In this document: positions 24,771 through 32,143 of the stretch, one piece after another | How positions within the stretch are numbered: position 1 is the first letter of the stretch | Layout of the letters: each line of letters opens with the position of its first letter | Assembly (NCBI GenBank): GCA_002256025.1 | Contig: NKIB01000537.1 | Location: 1-32,143, forward strand | Direction: 5' to 3' | Length of the DNA stretch: 32,143 bases | Source of the DNA: Asterionella formosa | Lineage: Eukaryota | The notes under the pieces: model-generated | Database searches by the model: none | Told to the model about the DNA's origin: nothing | The model's input: the letters and a program-made list of their open reading frames with translations, nothing else | Made by a program: the position numbers and the translations under genes

Positions 24771-24984
24771 TAGAGTAGGAGAATCAGTAGTTGGAACCAA
24801 GCATCACGAAATGGTGTGGTTTTGTTATCAAATGATATGATGGTGACCTCATCTGGAGGATACTACTTGTTGCATGAATGATATATTGATGATACCTTAT
24901 TTTACAGCCACTGCCTGTCTACTGCTGCCTGCCTACTATCTGCCTACTGCTGAAGGCAAGTAGCCGCCGAGAAGGGTATTGTTG

Positions 24985-26878
24985 AGGCAATTCCCACTCT
25001 ACCCATCGTCGCGTCATTCGCTTACCTACTGCCCACAAATAAAGCATAAATGTCAATTTTAGCCAACTATTGCCCATCATATAAAATATATTTCGTATAT
25101 TACCTATCTTCACCTCGAAAATTGCCAAAGGTCCAATATTGCCCATCATTAAATTATATTTTGTTTTAAATTATATTTTGTTTATTTCATATGTTCGCAT
25201 TTTGGCAAGACAACAGACGCCAACTGCCCCTCGGTTTTCCAGCCCTGGGATTGCCGAAATCGGCAAGGGGTCTACTTAAGGAAACCATTTTATATATCTA
25301 GAATTCACCTTGCTTTTCTTCGTCTCCTGAAAAGTGGACTCCGGCAATTCACCTTTCACCATGCCAATCGTCGTCCATCATGACCGGTTTGAAGCGAAAT
25401 CAGTTCTGCGATGACCCCAGTAGCAGTTCGTTGTCTAACGGATGCGGTTGGTTGTTGGATTGCTTGTCTTCTCGAGGGATTCATGTAGTCGCATTGTCCA
25501 TATTTCGTCGGACAAACGATGATATCGATACATCTGATGTTGGTGGCAAGTTTTTGCTCCGGTCATGTATGTGATGATGCTTAACGGACATTCTACCGGT
25601 ACCGGCAGTCATCTAGTCTACATACGTACGTGGTACTAAAAAAACCATGCATGGTTTAAGCTATACTTTAACGCTTAATTTGAACACGTTATAATATTAT
25701 CTCTGTAGACTCGGTATTATTTTTACGAGACCTGAAATGTTGAATTATATCGTTCACGTGTTCATTGATTTACGTACCATATGCCCGATTTCGTCCTCAC
25801 AATTATAGTTCTCACTCTATCTTGCCTGCCTTTGCTCTATTCGGGCTTGCAATAGGCAACATGCGTCTTTCTTTGATCCCATCGTCTGCTGTTTGTTATG
25901 ATAGTTGAAGCGGATCGGTGAGTACAACAGTGAAACACTGAATGTGGATTGTAGATCGTATTTACCGATTTTCCGATTTGATTGCTTCCGTTGTTTGTTT
26001 TGATTGCTTCCGTCGTTGTTTGTCGTTCCGCACTGTCGTTTTGTTTCGACTGTATATATCTAAATAAGAACCATTGAAGATGTGGTATTGTGCCGTTGTT
26101 GATCGTATTTGTTGATTTGTATAGTCGTTGACAATGATGTCAGTATTGCCGCCAAGCAATGCTTTTCTTGTACTAACGCGCTTTGCTACATTTCTACTAC
26201 GAGTTCGTATCAGAAGCTACTTATATTCAGCAAGAGGGAGTTGATAGTGCAGAAGCAGCCTGGCGATTATACTCAATCAGAATGGATTGGAATGGAATGA
26301 TGATCAGGGTTTTTTGGTGGGAGGAACAAGGACTGTGGGCGGCAGGACTGAAACTTGTGTCAGGCTCCTACAGCGATGTGCATGGTTACAGCAAGCAAAT
26401 CATCTACACTACATAACGATGTAGATCAAGATTGGGTTCAGCTTTTTCCCTTCTTATTTCGGTCGTTGATTGTGTGGTGATGGAAATTCAATTGCCTGTG
26501 TAAGTACTACAATGTCACAATGCATACATCTCCATTCAAACTCTTATTTTTTACTTTATTTCTAACCCAAAACAATTTTTTCTATTTCTCATTTGACACT
26601 ACTTATTACATCGCATTTCATACTTTTGTTGCTCCAAACATCATATTCAATTTTCATTGATGTTGCATGTTACAATCATTCTTTTGTGTTTTACGCTTGT
26701 TGTACCATCTCTATGCATATTACCATTATTCTGGTTGTCATGCTAAAATCGGCAATTTTATTAATTCGATGTGCCCCATATTGCCCTTAAATAAAATTTA
26801 CTTAAGAAATTACTTAGAGCCTAAAAATTACTCAGAAGTACCTGAATGGCAAGACGATAGCTGGAGCGGGAATTGCCT
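24985..26878. repeat. Pair of 35-bp inverted repeats 1.8 kb apart
   Basis: The reverse complement of 24985-25019 matches 26844-26878 at 28 of 35 positions without gaps (counted by eye). Confidence 0.8.
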
Positions 26879-26939
26879 GCCTACTGATTGCCTGCTGACT
26901 GCTTACTGACTGACTACTGACAGATTACTGACTGACAAG

Positions 26940-27376
26940 AACATCTATGTAAACAAATATTTAAAGAATAAAACGGAGTGGAGCAAAATTTAGGGGTTCC
27001 ACAATTTTTGGGGGTGTATCCGCCCCCTGCCTGCTGTTCTCGTATGTGAATCGATCAACAGAAAACAAGCAACCTGCACGCTATGTGCGCTGATTACACT
27101 GGACCTTCCTGGTAGTTATCTACCGGTAGAATTATCCTTGGTGCTTCCGGTTCACAAGTGAACCGAACGACGGCCAGTTAAATAAACCACATAGCCAGCA
27201 AGTACAGTATCGATGTACTGGAAGGTCCGGTAATCAACGCACATAGCGTGCAAGTTGCTCGTTTTCTGTTCATCGATTAACATACAAGAAAAGGCAGGGT
27301 AGACCCCCCAAAATCGTCGAACCCCTAAATTTTGCGCTACTCCATTATTCTTTAAATAGTTGTTTACATAGATGTT
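26940..27376. mobile_element. 437-bp foldback (MITE-like) element
   Basis: Arms 26940-27109 and 27220-27376 are imperfect reverse complements, for example AACATCTATGTAAACAA/TTGTTTACATAGATGTT and TGCACGCTATGTGCG/CGCACATAGCGTGCA. Confidence 0.85.
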
Positions 27377-27579
27377 AAGCCGTTAGTCGTTTTATTGTCA
27401 AAATGAACTTTAAGTCAGTAGTTAGTAAGTTGAAGTCAGCAGTCAGCAAAAGAATTCAGAAGCGTGGAAAAATGGGGAGAACGTAGGAGATCCTGCTACA
27501 TTTTTTGGGTTTTCCGCGCTGACGTTTATTCCCCTCTAGCTTTTAACACGTATATTTTCTGCGGCCCGTCAGCAGCGTC

Positions 27580-27607
27580 TTTTTGGGGAGACTTTTCTCC
27601 CCAAAAA
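27580..27607. other. Perfect 12-bp-stem hairpin upstream of the YR gene
   Basis: TTTTTGGGGAGA-CTTT-TCTCCCCAAAAA. Confidence 0.9.
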
Positions 27608-27767
27608 CATGTAGAAACAGCGTTCATTTTTGTACCATCGTAGGATTCACGTTGACAGTACATGCATGATAGCTACTGCTAATAGCTATACTGGTAGTAC
27701 TAGTGGTTCTGACTCAGCCAAATATGAACATCAATTGAGAACAACAACAATCAACAATATACCTAGT

Positions 27768-30329
27768 ATGGAACAAGCGAACCACTGCCACATCAAAACA
27801 TCATGTCCGACAATGAAGAAATAGTGACCTGCACAAAACTGCCCTGGATGTGGGTATAGCATCCATGCTCTTTGCGGTCATTTGCATGAAGAAGCAGATA
27901 TTCAGTTTGGTCGCGCCCTGATGGATCCAGATGATGCAACTGCATTGCAACAACTGCAACAAGATGAAGAGAGGAGACATGATTCCAATCAAGGACAAGA
28001 GGAGGGCATAGTAGCAGTAATCATGGATAGCATTTTACGACCAGAGATTGACAAACAAGGCAGCACTATTAGAGAACGTGATACACGAAAAGCGAAGAAG
28101 GAAGCAAATAAAATGAAGTCCCTACAGCTCATGAATTTAGCAAATATCAGAGGGAACACAAGAGCAAAATCAACAATGAGCCAGCACCAGTCTGAACATG
28201 AAGTCTTTCTGTTATATCTATATAAACATGAGGACCAGCTACTGGGACAAGAGTTGCTAGCGCAAATAAGATATATCACTGATGATATTGACGACATTCC
28301 CAATCATATGAAGAAAGTAAGATCAGTGATACACAGTTTTCTTGAAAGGGAAGTCTCTATAGGATTGCATCCAATTAAATTTGAGGACTTAAAGCCTACA
28401 GACTTTGCAAAGTATCTTGGTACCCTCACCAATCCAGTGACATCACTTTACAACCTGTTGAAGAAGTATAAGATGAAGGCTACAAACGACTTTGATGATG
28501 AGCTGAAAGATCTCATTGCTGGCGTGAAACGAATTGCAAGTAAGGCAAAACAAGATGGGATGGGTAGTCTTGAGGAGGGAAAACGTGAATTGACAATCGA
28601 CCTGTACTGAAAAATAAACATATGGTTGATTGAAGATGGCTCTCCATCAGCTCTTTTTGCACGTGCATTTTTATGTCTAACTTGGAGTTTGATGTGCCGT
28701 GTTGATAGCACTGATGGTGTCTGTATCAAGCATTTGGTTTGGAGTCAAGATGCTGTGGGGATTCGATTTTCTCATACAAAAAATGATCAAGATGGCTCTA
28801 AGAATTTGAAGCCCCGACACTGCTACACCAACCCTGAAGATTTTGCATTGTGCCCAATAACTGCATTGTTTGAGTACATGACATGCTTTCCGGAAATTCT
28901 ACAAGATACAGATAGTCTATTGTTTCCTGGTGCAGAGCAGGAGGATCGATTCAGAAAAATTATCAAGAGGTTGCTACATGGACATGAAGGCAATCTAGAT
29001 GGATATGAGGTGGAGGATATTGGTACTCACAGCATCAGGAAGGGTGCAACAACATATGCATCGAGTGGCTCTACAGCAAGTCCATCAAGTGTAGCAATCA
29101 ACAATCGAGGTGGTTGGACATTAGGCACTGTGCGAGATGTCTATATGCTTTATGAAAAGGCAGGTGACCACTATGTTGGTCGAATATTGGCTGGATTGCC
29201 AGTGCTATCTGCTCGTTTTGCGGTTTCAGAACCAAACTTTTGGATTCGAAACCCCAATGATGCAAATGCACAAGTAAAGCAAACAGAGCTTGATGGAAAA
29301 GTGATTCTGGCTTTACGTTCCCTGTTTGGTGATGTGATTCACCGGTAAGTTATGGTGCTTCCATTTCTTCGTGTTGGACTAGCATGTATCCTGCACCACA
29401 GAAAACATCTTCAACAACTTCGTCCTGAAAAGTCGGCAGTGAGTAAGACTGCACATCAAGGGAGTTTTTTGCACTCGATGAACATATTGTTGTTCGATAT
29501 CTTTCATGCGAGGAAGAATCCTCATTTGCTGTGAAGTTGACAGGTATACCTCTTCATGTTGCCCATCTTGCAGCCATCAGGAGCATGCGAGGCGAACTAC
29601 AGGCGCTTGGGCCATCAATGCTAAAGGAATTCGAAAAAATGCGTGATGATCGGACATATGGAGGTGTATTGTCGGAGTCTCGAATGGTTGAATTAATTCA
29701 GAAGGTTGTTGGGTCAAGTCTAGAGGGGATTAAGAACCAGTTGAATGGAATGAGGAATGAAATGATGATAAACAATGAACACAATGGTGCTGACAAAGTT
29801 GATACATCCAGGCAGTCTTCATTTGAGTCACAATTGGCTGTTCTTGCATCCACACGATGGAATATTACGGCGTGTTCCGGTTGGTTGGCAGTTCCCACTG
29901 TGCACGATGGCAATTGCATATTGCCTGTGGCATTTTGGAGATCAAGTGAAGAAGATAGGCCCACTAAAATATTTGGACAATCGGGATGTATCTTTTGCAA
30001 CCATAAGTGATGGCAATAAGGTTATTTGGTGTGGATGTAAAAGAGGAATGCAGTATCCAGACGAATTTAGGATTTTGATGAAGAGGTTGGATGGTACTGC
30101 AAAGAGTCGGGTCTTCCTTCAGCTGCCTTTGTCTCAAGAGAAGGTCCTGATTGCATTGGAACAATGCAAGGACTGCCTTGGAATTTCGCCATTGACAATT
30201 GCTGGGATTCAATGGTCCACTGTCTTTAAGCTGATGCCAAACTATCAACCACGACCTGCACGTTATCGTTTTCAGCAACCAAAGGGGGGGGGGGCTCAAG
30301 AGGCAGGAGGTTTGGCTAATCGAAATTGA
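27768..30329 (+). pseudogene. Tyrosine recombinase (Crypton-type) with N-terminal Zn-finger; in-frame stops and two late frameshifts
   Basis: Catalytic series LMCR, TKNDQ, HSIRKG, RGGW and DVY. Downstream TGIPLHV and RRVPVGWQFP..LW..GD..IGPLKYL. One frame runs from the ATG at 27768 to ~29450, broken only by stops at 27822, 27825, 28608 and 29346. Confidence 0.92.
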
Positions 30330-30906
30330 TATTTATATGTATATACTAGTATAACTATCTATACTGGTAGTCTATCTAACAAGAATAATTTGCATATTAC
30401 AATTTAATTAAATTCAGAATGTGCAAATGTATGATGGTTGCTAGATTCAATATATATTCATGATACAAAGTAAGAAATAATAATTTTGAAAACAACTAGC
30501 TTTATAGAGTTGACTAATACCATACAAAGATATTATGGATACATATTGTCTACCATGAGAAAATGCAGCATACTATTGTTCTTACTGGTGTGATACTTCC
30601 ATTGTAAGTGCATGTATGGTGGTACATATACTGTTATACCTATGATCTATGATAGGTGCAGGTTGTTGAGGGGAACCTTGTTGTCATTAACAAAGGTGAG
30701 CTACAATGATTATGAATGACTCTACCGGGTTGATGTTCTATGGCTGTCATTCGATTTTCGCAGCACTAGGTACCTGGTACCCTGGTACATCATTCCCAGG
30801 TACCGATTTTTTAAAAATTTCAGCAAATCAAGTCAGCAGGTTGAAGTCAGCATTTTTACGACAGTACATCATGGTAGCAACATGAAGAAGCGAATAAATA
30901 CGCTAG

Positions 30907-31184
30907 TGTTGTCGGCAGCACAACTTACATGGTGCACAAGGAAAGAAAGATAAAGGTTGAAAAGATAGACTTAAAGATATATAAACCTACGCCGTTCTAG
31001 CGCATTCGCTGCTCCAAGCCTGCACGCTGTACTATCGCTAAAACACTCTAACGACTAGTTAGTCCCCTGTACCGTACTATGACACGGTACATTCATCCAC
31101 GCGCCCATACTGCAACATCGACCTGGATTCGGTGCCACACGTCATTGCGTGCCCAGGAGGTAACCGGTGTCATAGGTTGTGACA
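30907..31184 (-). repeat. Candidate 3' LTR (278 bp) of the young copia element
   Basis: The minus strand begins TGTCACA 50 nt after the pol stop and ends GACAACA (TG...CA), with an internal TATATA and a pyrimidine-rich tail. Confidence 0.65.
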
Positions 31185-31234
31185 TCACGATGAACCTTGG
31201 CTTCAATCTTCGACCCACTGTGATCCAACAGCCA

Positions 31235-32143
31235 TCAATACATGAACTTGTCGCACAAATACTCTCGTGTAATTTGGGGTAATGGCTTCGTCAGCACATC
31301 AGCCAAATTAGTCTTTCCATCTTCCTTCGTTACCCGAATCATCCCTGCCGCCACAGCTTCTCTCGCTCTGTGATACGCTATCGCATTATGTTTCTTTTTC
31401 AAAGTCGATTCTGGATGAATCGTGTTCTTCGTCACCGCCTCGTTGTCGCAGAAAACGTTAGTCGGTCCATCGATTGGGATTCCAAACATTCTCAGCTTAT
31501 ACCTCAATGCCTCGATCAGTTCGACCGAGATCTTCAAAGCCACAAATTCGCTACCAAACGTCGATGTCTCGACAGTGTTCTGTCGCTTACTGTACCATAT
31601 AATTGGAGCCCGATTCGCAAAAATCAGTATCCCGGTCTGCGAGCGCCTCGTCACCCGATTCCCTGCATGATCCGCATCCACAAAACAGTGAGTAGTTACA
31701 ACATTACCTCTGGGCTCGGGTGCGTCCCCTGGAATAGACTCCTGCGCTCCCCTGTAAAAGTCGTGCCAATCGCATTTAACAAACCTGGACTCGTTTATAT
31801 CGGGGTGTGTCGGATCAAAGATCAACGTCCTCTTGGGTTTCGCTTTCAAATATCCGAACATGTGATATACCTGTTGTAAGTGTCCGCTCCTCGGCAACGC
31901 TAGGTGAGTAGATAACATAGAAACTTCCATAGCAATGTCTATTCGTCCAAGCTCCACTGCCCAGCGGAGCACGCCGATCAATTCCTGGTAGTATCTCACG
32001 CCTTCAATCTTGAGTTCGGCAGAAATATCCAGTTCCGGTCTATAATTCCCCTGCAATGGGGTAGTGCACCTCGTTGGAAGCCGCTGACCCGACTCGTCGA
32101 GTTTGAACTCTACGTTGGCGATGGCCGCCTTGACATACTGCTC
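31235..32143 (-). CDS. pol: Ty1/copia Pol C-terminus (RT end and RNase H), intact, partial at the window edge
   Basis: Open from 32143 (EQYVKAAIANVE). Contains YQELIGVLRW, FVDADHAG..TRRSQTG, VETSTFGSEF, FCDNEAV, KKHNAIAYH and NLADVLTK. Confidence 0.97.
   Translation of the reverse strand, partial: EQYVKAAIANVEFKLDESGQRLPTRCTTPLQGNYRPELDISAELKIEGVRYYQELIGVLRWAVELGRIDIAMEVSMLSTHLALPRSGHLQQVYHMFGYLKAKPKRTLIFDPTHPDINESRFVKCDWHDFYRGAQESIPGDAPEPRGNVVTTHCFVDADHAGNRVTRRSQTGILIFANRAPIIWYSKRQNTVETSTFGSEFVALKISVELIEALRYKLRMFGIPIDGPTNVFCDNEAVTKNTIHPESTLKKKHNAIAYHRAREAVAAGMIRVTKEDGKTNLADVLTKPLPQITREYLCDKFMY

Larger units (their letters stand above)
27429..30852 (+). mobile_element. Crypton-like tyrosine-recombinase transposon (CryptonS-like)
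   Basis: YR gene with no linked RT, bracketed by the direct repeat GTTGAAGTCAGCA at 27429-27441 and 30840-30852. The boundaries are inferred. Confidence 0.7.

Noticed and set aside
25380..26909. Short ORFs inside the inverted-repeat-flanked segment as cargo genes
   Set aside because: All are 80 aa or shorter with no motifs and no consistent exon structure that I could assemble.
27580..27607. Rho-independent terminator
   Set aside because: The context is eukaryotic and the hairpin lies upstream of the gene, so it is kept only as a hairpin.
29345..29351. GTAAGT as an intron donor in the YR gene
   Set aside because: The frame continues directly with plausible Crypton-like sequence (LRVGLACILHH), so a point-mutation stop is simpler. 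An intron is not fully excluded.
27768..30329. Phage integrase, bacterial contamination or DIRS retroelement
   Set aside because: The context is eukaryotic with spliceosomal introns nearby. The adjacent RT/RNase H is copia-type, on the opposite strand and has its own LTR.
31370..31879. Plus-strand ORFs opposite pol, and similar antisense ORFs over gag, MORN and YR
   Set aside because: These are shadow frames of real coding sequence with no recognisable motifs.

Overview
Eukaryotic, transposon-dense region, most likely from a diatom or related stramenopile. This is inferred from short GT-AG introns, diatom CoDi-type copia motifs and a CryptonS-type tyrosine recombinase (YR); all family calls come from motif recognition, not database searches. 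From left to right: (1) a GTAC-rich tandem repeat; (2) a decayed Ty1/copia element (+, 1810-4779) whose putative primer-binding site is complementary to its own LTR; (3) a truncated pogo/Tc1-mariner transposon (-); (4) two more decayed copia relics (+ ~6050-7250; - ~7690-11670); (5) a 5'-truncated MORN-repeat host gene abutting a ~520-bp tandem duplication; (6) a decayed multi-gene DNA transposon (~17.7-23.2 kb) with an accessory ORF, an internally deleted Plavaka/CACTA-like transposase and a Ulp1-like cysteine protease; (7) a block of hairpin-bearing tandem repeats, inverted repeats and a 437-bp foldback (23.5-27.6 kb); (8) a Crypton-like YR pseudogene with an N-terminal Zn finger, bracketed by 13-bp direct repeats; (9) the intact 3' end (RT/RNase H plus LTR) of a young copia element running off the window. 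Old elements show CpG loss and CGA>TGA-type stops; the young copia does not.
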